Shown in pieces: positions 38,053 to 54,728 of a stretch of DNA of 64,000 bases (position 1 is the first letter of the stretch; each line of letters begins with the position of its first letter). The notes below the pieces were generated by a model that made no database searches, had not been told where the DNA came from, and was given only the letters and a program-made list of their open reading frames with translations. The position numbers were made by a program, and so were the translations under genes. The stretch lies in contig OX597842.1 in NCBI GenBank assembly GCA_951406725.2, positions 29,636,001 through 29,700,000 on the forward strand, given 5' to 3'. The DNA is from Octopus vulgaris. Lineage: Eukaryota.

Positions 38053-40723
38053 TTGCATGCTTACAAACATACACACACATACATAAATACATATGCACAT
38101 ACATGCAGATTCATACATGCATGCAAACACACATACATACACATATATACACACATACATATGCACCACCAGTTTTAGACGTATCAGTTTTCCGATTCAC
38201 TGTTTTGTCCGACATTTGAAATCAGGATAAAAATTCTTAAAATATTTGAAACGAACTCAAAATAAAGAAACAGGATAGAAATTGATTGTTGCATAACAAA
38301 ATATGATAGCAGAGTGTGTAAAGTAATATTTATGTTGACCGATTTCTCAATCACAACGTGACTAACATCTCAGGTGTGGCACTATTGGTTGACGATATGA
38401 AATTACGCGAGGTGTCTATTATTCTCGTTAATTTAAGAAAAGTGATCCTCTCTAAATTTAACAATGATTATCTTGTTGCTGGTGGTGGTGGTGTTTTGTG
38501 TGTGTGTGTGTGTATTTGATATTGTTGGCATTGTTATTGTTGTTGCCCTCTCTTCCAGTTATCTGATCAAATGGCTGAATTGCGGCCACACATATATTGT
38601 CCCTGATATACATATGACCTGCATCAAGCTGACACCATAGAGCACGGGTTCGATGTGTGTCGCGGGAAATGCGGCCACGTCTACCTCTTGTGCTATATGT
38701 AGTGAACATTTGATTCTAGTGAGTTCAAATTTTAGATGTTGTTCAACTCCCAGATTACCTCTAGTCCAAAAATCATTTACTTAAAAACGTTCTAGCCATG
38801 ACCATCCTGTCTTTTGGATATGAGTAATGTTGAAATTACATTATCTACAATAGCCTTTCTTTCTTATAAAAGTAAGGTGTGAGCTGAGTGAGGTTTAGCT
38901 GCTTTTTCTATCGGGTCATCACAATAGCCAATTGAGAGCTTTGCAGTAATTGTTGCAGTTGTCTGTGTTCTGAGATCAAATCCAGCTGAAGTCAAATTCT
39001 ACAGGGTCAATAGATAAACTACTAGATATAGCTACCTCACCTGGGAACTGCACTGACCCCATTAAGGGTCCAACTCAAGACATTTGAATAAATCACAGAG
39101 TTGGTCTGAGCAGAAATGTGTAGGTTGGTTGTAATTGTGGTTGTGGTAGTGTTGATGATGCAGGTGGTGGTTGTGGTGGAGGTGGTGGTGGTGGTGGTGT
39201 AGGTTGCAGAAGTGATTCTGGTTGGGGTCATAGTGATAGTGGTGGTCCTTTTTGCAAGGAAAGGTCAGTTTTGGAGTAGTTGTAGCTGTTTAGCCCCCTT
39301 TCAGCCCAGATCTTTGAAAACCTTGAATCAAAGACACTCCACCCATGACATACTCTTTGGATTAACTTTACACACAATCCCACCACTGGTTGAAAATATT
39401 AAGTAGCAATAATATACTGTTCTTGTTTATCTCATCTAATTCTCTTTCTCAGGTTTTGAAGCATTGTGTAGGCTATGGGCGCTGCCTTACTTTCCTCCAC
39501 TAATTAATTAGCATGCTTTATGCACAAATACTTTATATGCATATATATGGCCATTAGTCTATGATTGTTACATGCACATACTGCATGCACATGTATATGT
39601 TTATGTATATATCATCATCTTCGTTTAACGTCCGTTTTCCATGCTAGCACGGGTTGGACGGTGTGACCAGGGTCTGGGAAGCCAGGAGGCTGCACCAGGC
39701 TCCAGTCTGATCTGGCAGTGTTTCTACAGCTGGATGTCCTTCCTAACGCCAACCACTCCGTGAGTGTAGTGGGTGCTTTTTACGTGCCACCGACACGAGC
39801 CACAGGAGGCTGGCAACGTCCACGATCGTCTGGTACTTTTTACGTGCCACAGGCACATGTATCACAACTACAAGTTCCATATGATTTTTATTTTGATGTT
39901 GACCTTCCCTGTTTGAAGGTTATAATGGACACAGGTTCGTGTGTCACATAGCTAGCTAGCGGCGACGGCCTCTTGGAGTTAATCAACGGCAGCATTCGTC
40001 CTATATTTATTGAGTGCCATATTAGCTTGGTGATAACTATTAATATCCAGTATCGCTGCCGTAGTCTCCTTTAGAGAGACTTAGAAATAATAATATTTCT
40101 ATATTGATATATATATATGTGTGTGTGTTTGTTTGTGCATGTGTATACATACAGATAGACAGACAGACAGAAGGGAGAAAGCTAATTCAAAGACTACAGA
40201 TCCAATCCATCACTGGAATTGTAAGAATCTGTAAAACTTTCCAGAAGTTTACCATTTAAATATATATGAGTATGTCTAGATGTGCAGCTATATGCATGAG
40301 AATACATACATGAAACAAAGAAATCTGCATGCACATACATACATACATACATACATACATTCTCTGTTGTTGATATTGAAAAATTCTAATGAAGGTGACT
40401 TGGATCTAGGTTAGAACCCGGTTCTTTCTGTATTGGCAAGAAATCTTGAAATAAAGATGATTGGCCGTTGCTATGGCCTGCTCATCAAACTGCAATTCTT
40501 CACATTATTCTCAGGACAAAATGTATAAGTGACAAAGAGCATGACATTCTCCCTGAGCAGGGCACTAGTCAATCGCAGGGTTATTTATTTACAGCTCAGT
40601 TGATGGGAACAATGTGAAATGAGGTATTCATCTGAGGACCTCTAAGCACCACCCTCTGGGAATCGAAATCATGAACACACATGTTCATGATGTGTGTGTG
40701 TGTGAGTGTGATTGTGTGTGTGA

Positions 40724-40757
<34 letters not shown>

Positions 40758-41840
40758 TGTCAGGCTTTTATTTGTCATGAAATCAAAAAGATTTAAATGG
40801 GCTTTATATAATAAGCTCCTTACGTAGGTGCGTGCACCCCTGTATATGTGTGTGTGTGTGTACGTGCACGTGTGTGTAAGTACATACATACATGCACAGA
40901 GTTTTTCAAAAAATTATGAAAAGCTTACGTCGTACTAAATGAACTGAATTACATTTTGAAAGGATAAATTGTAAACAACATTCAAGATTACAGAAATTCG
41001 GGTCATAGTTTGGGTCATGGTGATAGTGGTGGTCCTTTTTGCAAGGAAAGGTCAGTTTTGGAGTAGTTGTAGCTGTTTAGCCCCTTTTCAGCCCAGATCT
41101 TTGAAAACCTAGAATCAAAGACACTCCACCCATGACATACTCTTTGGATTAACTTTACACACAATCCCACCACTGGTTGAAAATATTAAGTAGCAATAAT
41201 ATACTGTTCCTGTTTATCTCATCTAATTCTCTTTCTCAGGTTTTGAGGCCTTGTGTAGGCTATGGGCACTGCCTTACTTTCTTTCACTAATTAATTAGCA
41301 TGCTTTATGCACAAATACTTTATATGCATATATATGTGCATCAGTCTATGATTGCTACATGCACATACTGCATTCACATGTATATGTTTATCTGTTTGTG
41401 TTTGTACATACATAAAAACAACACAAGAATCCCAAAATGAACTTCAATACAATATATCTCAAAATAACGAGGGGAATATCCGAGTGGATTTTGACATCAA
41501 ATTACCAATCGAACCCCGATTGATCCAGATACACTTCAAGGCTGGCCATTTTGCTGGTTCACAGTCTATTCAATGTGAAATTTCTTTTCATCAGTGAACA
41601 GCAGTTAGGGCAGCATGCCTTCAACAATCTCCTTGGAGAGTATTATGATTGTATTTCGGTCTAGAGTCATTATCTAATCCATAAATCTGAATTTATTTGG
41701 TCTGAAGCAAACACAAAACCCACTATCTATTGATAGTCATTAAAGCCCGAAACTTTGGTTCCCTTAATTTCGGAACTCCTTCTATAAACTCCCAACTCAC
41801 GCATTATCATTGTTTCCTTCTCTCTCCCTCCCACTCCACA

Positions 41841-41894
<54 letters not shown>

Positions 41895-42489
41895 ATATAT
41901 ATATGTTTATATATATATACTTTATTTAAAAGCAGAAGAAATATAACAAAAGCTGTTACTCAGAGTTTCACGTTCCCGTTTGTCAGACAGTTTTGTGCTT
42001 ACTCCAGTAGATATATATATATATATATTAATAGTTATCGCCATACTTATATGGCAGTCTTATAAATATAAGACTAAAGCTGTCGCTGATTAGCTCCAAG
42101 AGGCCACCACCTCAAGCTTGCTATTTGACAGAACCTGTGTCCATTATAAACCTTCGAACAGGGGAGGTCAGCCGCTTCATCCTGCCAGTCAGACAGCTGC
42201 AGACATGTTTCAGGGTATTTGCCCTTTATCAATGCAGTGTAGTCACACCCAGCAGGTGTCGCTACTGACTGTCCCTGTTCGAAGAATCTATTTACCTAGT
42301 TTCAGTGGAATACATCCACTTGTTTTCAATAATAGAAATATTAAAATTACTAAGTCTCTCTAAAGGAGATTACGGCAGCGTTACTGGAAATTAATTGTTA
42401 TCGCCATACTTATATGGCAGTCTTATAAATATAAGACTAAAGCTGTCGCTGATTAGCTCCAAGAGGCCACCGCTTCAAGCTATTATCAC

Positions 42490-42573
42490 TATTTATATCA
42501 ATGTTATTATTATTATTATTATTATTATTGTTATCATCATTATTAATATTATTTTTATTATTTTTATTTTTAC

Positions 42574-42622
<49 letters not shown>

Positions 42623-44760
42623 GTTGTTGTTATTTCTATTGTTGATGCTATTATTACAATTATTACTATTATCTTTATTGTTACTATTCATTCTACTCCT
42701 GGCTAACTTAATGTTTTTACTATTAAGTCTAGCTATTATGGTAGCCATGTTTGGGAGGGTTGAATATGAAATTCTTACTGATCTCCTAGAAATTATTTTA
42801 TGATATTTATGGGAGGCTGGGAAATTTTTCTAGTATAGATTTAAATCTACAGTACACATTCATCGAGATTGAACAATTAAAGGGGATATTTAGCCAAATG
42901 ATATTTTCTCTTTTATATTTTTTGTATAAGTCCGAGTGGGAAGGATTTGTGTTATCAGTATTCGCATGAGAATTATTATTCCTTTTACTACTATTTTTAT
43001 GCCTATCAGATTTATCTTGGTTGGCATTTTCATATTTATTTATGATCTGGTCCCTATTTATATTCCTATAATTTGGTTTATACACTAGGTTTTTCATCAT
43101 CATCAACATCATCATCGTTTAGCCTTCGCTTTCCATGCTAGCATGGGTTGGACGGTTCAACTGGGGTCCGGGAAGCCAGAAGGCTGCACCAGGCTCAGGT
43201 TGATCTGGCAATGTTTCTACGGCTTGATGCCCTTCCTAATGCCAACCACACCATGAGTGTAGTGGGTGCTTTTTCTTGTCCATTAATTTATGTTTATGTA
43301 GGGTATGAGAGTTATTATTACTTACGTCATTTATATTCACTTCATTATTTGGGAGGTTTGAACTATCCTTATCAAGAAAGGTGATTTCTTGGTCATATCC
43401 CGCTTTTGATAATGCGATATTGTAATGGTTAGAGTGAGAGTTAAATATATCACTATTAGATGATAATTTTGAAATTCTTTGGGAAATATTTCTAACTAAT
43501 GATTTTAGTATATTCAGGGGATGATTAGATGATTTACTTACATATCTAGTGACCTCACCCTCCTTTCTAAGTGGGTAATGTGACTTTGAATTGAGGTCTA
43601 ATGTAACATCTAGGAAATTAACTATGTTAGTGTTATGTTCATAAGTAATGCCTAGGTTAAAATCTTTTAAAAATTTGTTAATTTTTCTTTTTTATCCTCT
43701 CAATACTTGATTTACTATTGCTAGGTACAACCAACAAAGCATCGTACCTATATAGACCACCTTGTAACTCAGGGATATCCCTGTTTATGCATTTTAATAA
43801 GTATGCTCCTACCAGATTCGTTATCTCCGCTGAGTCACTACAGCCCATAGGTATATCAAAATTATTGGGGGTATCCGCCCTAGTCCATAATTTACCTTCA
43901 AATTCAATGATAGTTTTTCTAGTTAATAGGATTATGTCAATTTCTTCTCTAGATATGAGAGAGCGATTCATAGCAAAAATAAGCGATTTATTTAGTAGAA
44001 TGGGGGATATACTTGAATAGTAATTGTTAATATCAAATTGGATACAAGAAATTCTATTAGTGTTATCTAGAGATTCAAACCAATCTATCACTTCATCTGT
44101 ATTAATCCATAGACTCAAGGGGAGATTAGGAATTATAGAGGGTAGAATATTGTCCAAAATAGAGTCTTACAGAGGGGTTTTCTAAGAAATTTTTCTTATG
44201 GTCCTTAAGATTGATCCTGGGTTCACATGGTATAAGAGGCTCTGTTCTAATGGTCAGATCGTAATTCACCATAACTTTTTTGATTTCTAAATTGATCTCT
44301 CTCAAGTTTTTCTTGGTTGTTACTTTATACCTTAAGTTTAGTTCCTTTCTAATGAGTTTGCTGTGAGTCGCGTAATCCATTCTGTAAAGATTTCGAGTTT
44401 TGTCGGCTGGGACCAGGATCCCCTGTTTATTTTGAATAGATTTAATGAAATCCTTTAGATGTCAAAGGTGTGGATTGTATCTCAGTGGATGCTCCTTGAA
44501 TTTTATATTTGTGATAAGGTCCAGTAGATGTTTGTCAAAGCTTTCAAGCAATGGATTCGGAGGTGGGCTCTTCCTACTTCTAAAAATCTTTTTCTAGTTA
44601 TTATCCAGGTGTGTTAGTTGAGGGTCGTTTTACTGTTTGGTATCGTAGTGGTAAGTAATCCATCTAATTCTTCGGATAAATTCACTGGTTCTGTGGACCA
44701 ACAGTGATATGTATTCGCCCTTACTACGTAAGGGGATATCCTTTAAATAAAAATTATGAG
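42490..44760 (-). pseudogene. Penelope-like RT, unit 4
   Basis: ORFs 43678-44157 and 44126-44380. Confidence 0.88.
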
Positions 44761-45302
44761 TATTCCTATATTTTTCAAATTTTAACTTTTTATTATAATA
44801 ATAGGAAATATACTATATAAGCCTTCAACTTAACTTTCATAGATGACTAGAAAAACTTCAGTGTGAAATTGAAATTTTTTTCTAAATCTAATCTAGTTTT
44901 AAAATTAACAAAGCTGCCCCCCAGTTATAAAATACTATGCCTACTCATAAAAATAAGTGATAGTTTTTTTCTTAGTCTCTGTAAAGGAGATTAATTGACC
45001 TTTTGACACTGACCTAGCTTCTTCTCACCAAAGAGCAGTAATTGGCATTTTGTTAGTGGCAGCTTGAATTCCTTTTATGGTATTCTGAAACCTCCCTTAC
45101 CCTCATTCCTGAAACTAAAAAAATTCTTTATTACTTCTAATTCTTATAGCAGTTAGATACAACCATATTTTGGTCAGTTAGTGGCTGGACTTCACAACCT
45201 CATATGTTCTTAAAATTGAAATCTACATCTTTATCTGTATATCTACCTTCTCTAAAATGTTACTACTTGATTTGAAAGCTTTTGTATTATTGGAAAACCT
45301 AT

Positions 45303-45397
45303 GTAATTGCCTGAAGAGCACTCAGCATCTTAAATCTGCTGTAATACTTACAACTTTTAATAAAATGTTGTAGTGCGAAACAATTGTACCAAATTAC
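45303..45397 (+). ncRNA. Hammerhead family C, unit 4
   Basis: Same sequence as 18240-18334. Confidence 0.75.
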
Positions 45398-45425
45398 CGG
45401 AGTCAATCTTGTTGCTTATTCATGA

Positions 45426-45526
<101 letters not shown>

Positions 45527-46885
45527 CATATATATATATATACATATATATACACAAAAACACATACATAAATATATACGCACAATTGTATATACATACA
45601 TACAATATCATTGTAACTCATAATTTCTTTGTAGACGACCTGAAGATTTATGCTAAAAGTGTGAACAATGCTTAAAACCAACTGGAATTAATAACCTTTT
45701 CAGCTGAGGTGGGCATGGAATTTGGCCAAAAGAAATGTTCAGATTTGGTTATAGAACAAGGAAAGTCAGTACCCCAAACCCAAAACCAGTGCATCAACGG
45801 TCTCTCCCGCTTCCTCCCTCTCTCTCTCCCTCTCTCTCTCTCTCTCTGTCTTTTTACGTATATACTCTTTACTCCTTTACTCTTTTACTTGTTTCAGACA
45901 TTTGACTGCAGCCATGCTGGAGCACCGCCTTTTGTCGAGCAAATCAACCCCAGGACTTATTCTTTGTAAGCCCAGTACTTATTCTATCGGTCTCTTTTGC
46001 CGAACCGCTAAGTTTACTGTTTTGTTTCAGTCATTTGACTGCGGCCATGCTGGAGCACCGCCTTTTGTCGAGCAAATCAACCCCGGGACTTATTCTTTGT
46101 AAGCTCAGTACTTATTCTATCGGTCTCTTTTGCCGAACCACTAAGTGACGGGGACGTAAACACACCAACATCGGTTGTCAAGCAATGCTAGGGGGACAAA
46201 CACAGACACATACACACACATACACATATATACGACAGGCTTCTTTGAGTTTCCATCTACCAAATCCACTTACAAATACACTTCCATAAATACATATGTA
46301 CATACATACATACAGGTATAAAAACAGACATGCATACATAATTACATATCTATACATACATGCATACATGTATAACAAAATATGATAGCAGAGTGTGTAA
46401 AGTAATATTTAAGTTGAATGATTAACTTAAAACCAACTGGAATTAATTCCAACCTTTTCAGCTGCTATTGCTAGACAGCCATTCATCCGACCTTTCAACA
46501 GGTCTTGTTTTTAATTTTGTTGGGTTTCTAGCAATGCTCCGCATATGGATATCCAGGTGGGGTTGCCAGTTTAGTTGCTGACAACCCAACCATGCAACTG
46601 GTTGTACTGGATTCCATGTTACCAGCAGCACTTATGAGAGCCTTGTAAGTGACCTGACATACAGACAGACATACATAGATACATACATATATATATATAT
46701 TTGCATACATACAAAGACATACATACAGACATACATACATGCATACATGCAGACATACATACATATATACATGCATAGATACATACATACATGCATACAC
46801 ACATACATACATACATACATACATAGATACGTACATACATGCATGCATGCATGCATACATACATGCATGCATGCATGCATACATC

Positions 46886-46918
<33 letters not shown>

Positions 46919-49582
46919 TTGCATGCTTACAAACATACACACACATACATAAATACATATGCACATACATGCAGATTCATACATGCATGCAAACACACAT
47001 ACATACACATATATACACACATACATATGCACCACCAGTTTTAGACGTATCAGTTTTCCGATTCACTGTTTTGTCCGACATTTGAAATCAGGATAAAAAT
47101 TCTTAAAATATTTGAAACGAACTCAAAATAAAGAAACAGGATAGAAATTGATTGTTGCATAACAAAATATGATAGCAGAGTGTGTAAAGTAATATTTATG
47201 TTGACCGATTTCTCAATCACAACGTGACTAACCTCTCAGGTGTGGCACTATTGGTTGACGATATGAAATTACGCGAGGTGTCTATTATTCTCGTTAATTT
47301 AAGAAAAGTGATCCTCTCTAAATTTAACAATGATTATCTTGTTGCTGGTGGTGGTGGTGTTTTGTGTGTGTGTGTGTGTATTTGATATTGTTGGCATTGT
47401 TATTGTTGTTGCCCTCTCTTCCAGTTATCTGATCAAATGGCTGAATTGCGGCCACACATATATTGTCCCTGATATACATATGACCGCATCAAGCTGACAC
47501 CATAGAGCACGGGTTCGATGTGTGTCGCGGGAAATGCGGCCACGTCTACCTCTTGTGCTATATGTAGTGAACATTTGATTCTAGTGAGTTCAAATTTTAG
47601 ATGTTGTTCAACTCCCAGATTACCTCTAGTCCAAAAATCATTTACTTAAAAACGTTCTAGCCATGACCATCCTGTCTTTTGGATATGAGTAATGTTGAAA
47701 TTACATTATCTACAATAGCCTTTCTTTCTTATAAAAGTAAGGTGTGAGCTGAGTGAGGTTTAGCTGCTTTTTCTATCGGGTCATCACAATAGCCAATTGA
47801 GAGCTTTGCAGTAATTGTTGCAGTTGTCTGTGTTCTGAGATCAAATCCAGCTGAAGTCAAATTCTACAGGGTCAATAGATAAACTACTAGATATAGCTAC
47901 CTCACCTGGGAACTGCACTGACCCCATTAAGGGTCCAACTCAAGACATTTGAATAAATCACAGAGTTGGTCTGAGCAGAAATGTGTAGGTCAGTTGTAAT
48001 TGTGGTTGTGGTAGTGTTGATGATGCAGGTGGTGGTTGTGGTGGAGGTGGTGGTGGTGGTGGTGTAGGTTGCAGAAGTGATTCTGGTTGGGGTCATAGTG
48101 ATAGTGGTGGTCCTTTTTGCAAGGAAAGGTCAGTTTTGGAGTAGTTGTAGCTGTTTAGCCCCCTTTCAGCCCAGATCTTTGAAAACCTTGAATCAAAGAC
48201 ACTCCACCCATGACATACTCTTTGGATTAACTTTACACACAATCCCACCACTGGTTGAAAATATTAAGTAGCAATAATATACTGTTCTTGTTTATCTCAT
48301 CTAATTCTCTTTCTCAGGTTTTGAAGCATTGTGTAGGCTATGGGCGCTGCCTTACTTTCCTCCACTAATTAATTAGCATGCTTTATGCACAAATACTTTA
48401 TATGCATATATATGGCCATTAGTCTATGATTGTTACATGCACATACTGCATGCACATGTATATGTTTATGTATATATCATCATCTTCGTTTAACGTCCGT
48501 TTTCCATGCTAGCACGGGTTGGACGGTGTGACCAGGGTCTGGGAAGCCAGGAGGCTGCACCAGGCTCCAGTCTGATCTGGCAGTGTTTCTACAGCTGGAT
48601 GTCCTTCCTAACGCCAACCACTCCGTGAGTGTAGTGGGTGCTTTTTACGTGCCACCGACACGAGCCACAGGAGGCTGGCAACGTCCACGATCGTCTGGTA
48701 CTTTTTACGTGCCACAGGCACATGTATCACAACTACAAGTTCCATATGATTTTTATTTTGATGTTGACCTTCCCTGTTTGAAGGTTATAATGGACACAGG
48801 TTCGTGTGTCACATAGCTAGCTAGCGGCGACGGCCTCTTGGAGTTAATCAACGGCAGCATTCGTCCTATATTTATTGAGTGCCATATTAGCTTTGTGATA
48901 ACTATTAATATCCAGTATCGCTGCCGTAGTCTCCTTTAGAGAGACTTAGAAATAATAATATTTCTATATTGATATATATATATGTGTGTGTGTTTGTTTG
49001 TGCATGTGTATACATACAGATAGACAGACAGACAGAAGGGAGAAAGCTAATTCAAAGACTACAGATCCAATCCATCACTGGAATTGTAAGAATCTGTAAA
49101 ACTTTCCAGAAGTTTACCATTTAAATATATATGAGTATGTCTAGATGTGCAGCTATATGCATGAGAATACATACATGAAACAAAGAAATCTGCATGCACA
49201 TACATACATACATACATACATACATTCTCTGTTGTTGATATTGAAAAATTCTAATGAAGGTGACTTGGATCTAGGTTAGAACCCGGTTCTTTCTGTATTG
49301 GCAAGAAATCTTGAAATAAAGATGATTGGCCGTTGCTATGGCCTGCTCATCAAACTGCAATTCTTCACATTATTCTCAGGACAAAATGTATAAGTGACAA
49401 AGAGCATGACATTCTCCCTGAGCAGGGCACTAGTCAATCGCAGGGTTATTTATTTACAGCTCAGTTGATGGGAACAATGTGAAATGAGGTATTCATCTGA
49501 GGACCTCTAAGCACCACCCTCTGGGAATCGAAATCATGAACACACATGTTCATGATGTGTGTGTGTGTGAGTGTGATTGTGT

Positions 49583-49626
<44 letters not shown>

Positions 49627-50722
49627 TGTCAGGCTTTTATTTGTCATGAAATCAAAAAGATTTAAATGGGCTTTATATAATAAGCTCCTTACGTAGGTGC
49701 GCGCACCCCTGTATATGTGTGTGTGTGTGTACGTGCACGTGTGTGTAAGTACATACATACATGCACAGAGTTTTTCAAAAAATTATGAAAAGCTTACGTC
49801 GTACTAAATGAACTGAATTACATTTTGAAAGGATAAATTGTAAACAACATTCAAGATTACAGAAATTCGGGTCATAGTTTGGGTCATGGTGATAGTGGTG
49901 GTCCTTTTTGCAAGGAAAGGTCAGTTTTGGAGTAGTTGTAGCTGTTTAGCCCCTTTTCAGCCCAGATCTTTGAAAACCTAGAATCAAAGACACTCCACCC
50001 ATGACATACTCTTTGGATTAACTTTACACACAATCCCACCACTGGTTGAAAATATTAAGTAGCAATAATATACTGTTCCTGTTTATCTCATCTAATTCTC
50101 TTTCTCAGGTTTTGAGGCCTTGTGTAGGCTATGGGCACTGCCTTACTTTCTTTCACTAATTAATTAGCATGCTTTATGCACAAATACTTTATATGCATAT
50201 ATATGTGCATCAGTCTATGATTGCTACATGCACATACTGCATTCACATGTATATGTTTATCTGTTTGTGTTTGTACATACATAAAAACAACACAAGAATC
50301 CCAAAATGAACTTCAATACAATATATCTCAAAATAACGAGGGGAATATCCGAGTGGATTTTGACATCAAATTACCAATCGAACCCCGATTGATCCAGATA
50401 CACTTCAAGGCTGGCCATTTTGCTGGTTCACAGTCTATTCAATGTGAAATTTCTTTTCATCAGTGAACAGCAGTTAGGGCAGCATGCCTTCAACAATCTC
50501 CTTGGAGAGTATTATGATTGTATTTCGGTCTAGAGTCATTATCTAATCCATAAATCTGAATTTATTTGGTCTGAAGCAAACACAAAACCCACTATCTATT
50601 GATAGTCATTAAAGCCCGAAACTTTGGTTCCCTTAATTTCGGAACTCCTTCTATAAACTCCCAACTCACGCATTATCATTGTTTCCTTCTCTCTCCCTCC
50701 CACTCCACAATTTCTCTCTCTC

Positions 50723-50768
<46 letters not shown>

Positions 50769-51364
50769 ATATATATATGTTTATATATATATACTTTATT
50801 TAAAAGCAGAAGAAATATAACAAAAGCTGTTACTCAGAGTTTCACGTTCCCGTTTGTCAGACAGTTTTGTGCTTACTCCAGTAGATATATATATATATAT
50901 ATTAATAGTTATCGCCATACTTATATGGCAGTCTTATAAATATAAGACTAAAGCTGTCGCTGATTAGCTCCAAGAGGCCACCACCTCAAGCTAGCTATTT
51001 GACAGAACCTGTGTCCATTATAAACCTTCGAACAGGGGAGGTCAGCCGCTTCATCCTGCCAGTCAGACAGCTGCAGACATGTTTCAGGGTATTTGCCCTT
51101 TATCAATGCAGTGTAGTCACACCCAGCAGGTGTCGCTACTGACTGTCCCTGTTCGAAGAATCTATTTACCTAGTTTCAGTGGAATACATCCACTTGTTTT
51201 CAATAATAGAAATATTAAAATTACTAAGTCTCTCTAAAGGAGATTACGGCAGCGTTACTGGAAATTAATTGTTATCGCCATACTTATATGGCAGTCTTAT
51301 AAATATAAGACTAAAGCTGTCGCTGATTAGCTCCAAGAGGCCACCGCTTCAAGCTATTATCACT

Positions 51365-51447
51365 ATTTATATCAATGTTATTATTATTATTATTATTATT
51401 ATTGTTATCATCATTATTAATATTATTTTTATTATTTTTATTTTTAC

Positions 51448-51499
<52 letters not shown>

Positions 51500-53640
51500 G
51501 TTGTTGTTATTTCTATTGTTGATGCTATTATTACAATTATTACTATTATCTTTATTGTTACTATTCATTCTACTCCTGGCTAACTTAATGTTTTTACTAT
51601 TAAGTCTAGCTATTATGGTAGCCATGTTTGGGAGGGTTGAATATGAAATTCTTACTGATCTCCTAGAAATTATTTTATGATATTTATGGGAGGCTGGGAA
51701 ATTTTTTCTAGTATAGATTTAAATCTACAGTACACATTCATCGAGATTGAACAATTAAAGGGGATATTTAGCCAAATGATATTTTCTCTTTTATATTTTT
51801 TGTATAAGTCCGAGTGGGAAGGATTTGTGTTATCAGTATTCGCATGAGAATTATTATTCCTTTTACTACTATTTTTATGCCTATCAGATTTATCTTGGTT
51901 GGCATTTTCATATTTATTTATGATCTGGTCCCTATTTATATTCCTATAATTTGGTTTATACACTAGGTTTTTCATCATCATCAACATCATCATCGTTTAG
52001 CCTTCGCTTTCCATGCTAGCATGGGTTGGACGGTTCAACTGGGGTCCGGGAAGCCAGAAGGCTGCACCAGGCTCAGGTTGATCTGGCAATGTTTCTACGG
52101 CTTGATGCCCTTCCTAATGCCAACCACACCATGAGTGTAGTGGGTGCTTTTTCTTGTCCATTAATTTATGTTTATGTAGGGTATGAGAGTTATTATTACT
52201 TACGTCATTTATATTCACTTCATTATTTGGGAGGTTTGAACTATCCTTATCAAGAAAGGTGATTTCTTGGTCATATCCCGCTTTTGATAATGCGATATTG
52301 TAATGGTTAGAGTGAGAGTTAAATATATCACTATTAGATGATAATTTTGAAATTCTTTGGGAAATATTTCTAACTAATGATTTTAGTATATTCAGGGGAT
52401 GATTAGATGATTTACTTACATATTCTAGTGACCTCACCCTCCTTTCTAAGTGGGTAATGTGACTTTGAATTGAGGTCTAATGTAACATCTAGGAAATTAA
52501 CTATGTTAGTGTTATGTTCATAAGTAATGCCTAGGTTAAAATCTTTTAAAAATTTGTTAATTTTTCTTTTTTATCCTCTCAATACTTGATTTACTATTGC
52601 TAGGTACAACCAACAAAGCATCGTACCTATATAGACCACCTTGTAACTCAGGGATATCCCTGTTTATGCATTTTAATAAGTATGCTCCTACCAGATTCGT
52701 TATCTCCGCTGAGTCACTACAGCCCATAGGTATATCAAAATTATTGGGGGTATCCGCCCTAGTCCATAATTTACCTTCAAATTCAATGATAGTTTTTCTA
52801 GTTAATAGGATTATGTCAATTTCTTCTCTAGATATGAGAGAGCGATTCATAGCAAAAATAAGCGATTTATTTAGTAGAATGGGGGATATACTTGAATAGT
52901 AATTGTTAATATCAAATTGGATACAAGAAATTCTATTAGTGTTATCTAGAGATTCAAACCAATCTATCACTTCATCTGTATTAATCCATAGACTCAAGGG
53001 GAGATTAGGAATTATAGAGGGTAGAATATTGTCCAAAATAGAGTCTTACAGAGGGGTTTTCTAAGAAATTTTTCTTATGGTCCTTAAGATTGATCCTGGG
53101 TTCACATGGTATAAGAGGCTCTGTTCTAATGGTCAGATCGTAATTCACCATAACTTTTTTGATTTCTAAATTGATCTCTCTCAAGTTTTTCTTGGTTGTT
53201 ACTTTATACCTTAAGTTTAGTTCCTTTCTAATGAGTTTGCTGTGAGTCGCGTAATCCATTCTGTAAAGATTTCTAGGTTTGTCGGCTGGGACCAGGATCC
53301 CCTGTTTATTTTGAATAGATTTAATGAAATCCTTTAGATGTCAAAGGTGTGGATTGTATCTCAGTGGATGCTCCTTGAATTTTATATTTGTGATAAGGTC
53401 CAGTAGATGTTTGTCAAAGCTTTCTAGCAATGGATTCGGAGGTGGGCTCTTCCTACTTCTAAAAATCTTTTTGTAGTTATTATCCAGGTGTGTTAGTTGA
53501 GGGTCTTTTTACTGTTTGGTATCGTAGTGGTAAGTAATCCATCTAATTCTTTGGATAAATTCATTGGTTCTGTGGACCAACAGTGATATGTATTCGCCCT
53601 TACTACGTAAGGGGATATCCTTTAAATAAAAATTATGAGT
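51365..53640 (-). pseudogene. Penelope-like RT, unit 5
   Basis: ORFs 52557-53036, 53005-53259 and 52114-52437. Confidence 0.88.
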
Positions 53641-54181
53641 ATTCCTATATTTTTCAAATTTTAACTTTTTATTATAATAATAGGAAATATACTATATAAG
53701 CCTTCAACTTAACTTTCATAGATGACTAGAAAAACTTCAGTGTGAAATTGAAATTTTTTTCTAAATCTAATCTAGTTTTAAAATTAACAAAGCTGCCCCC
53801 CAGTTATAAAATACTATGCCTACTCATAAAAATAAGTGATAGTTTTTTTCTTAGTCTCTGTAAAGGAGATTAATTGACCTTTTGACACTGACCTAGCTTC
53901 TTCTCACCAAAGAGCAGTAATTGGCATTTTGTTAGTGGCAGCTTGAATTCCTTTTATGGTATTCTGAAACCTCCCTTACCCTCATTCCTGAAACTAAAAA
54001 AATTCTTTATTACTTCTAATTCTTATAGCAGTTAGATACAACCATATTTTGGTCAGTTAGTGGCTGGACTTCACAACCTCATATGTTCTTAAAATTGAAA
54101 TCTACATCTTTATCTGTATATCTACCTTCTCTAAAATGTTACTACTTGATTTGAAAGCTTTTATATTATTGGAAAACCTAT

Positions 54182-54276
54182 GTAATTGCCTGAAGAGCAC
54201 TCAGCATCTTAAATCTGCTGTACTACTTACAACTTTTAATAAAATGTTGTAGTGCGAAACAATTGTACCAAATTAC
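54182..54276 (+). ncRNA. Hammerhead family C, unit 5
   Basis: Same as 18240-18334 except one change in the unpaired linker (TAATACT to TACTACT). Confidence 0.75.
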
Positions 54277-54304
54277 CGGAGTCAATCTTGTTGCTTATTC
54301 ATGA

Positions 54305-54423
<119 letters not shown>

Positions 54424-54691
54424 CATATATATACACAAAAACACATACATAAATACATACGCACAATTGTATATACATACATACAATATCATTGTAACTC
54501 AATTTCTTTGTAGACGACCTGAAGATTTATGCTAAAAGTGTGAACAATGCTTAAAACCAACTGGAATTAATAACCTTTTCAGCTGAGGTAGGCATGGAAT
54601 TTGGCCAAAAGAAATGTTCAGATTTGGTTATAGAACAAGGAAAGTCAGTACCCCAAACCCAAAACCAGTGCATCAACAGCCTCTCCCGCTT

Positions 54692-54728
<37 letters not shown>
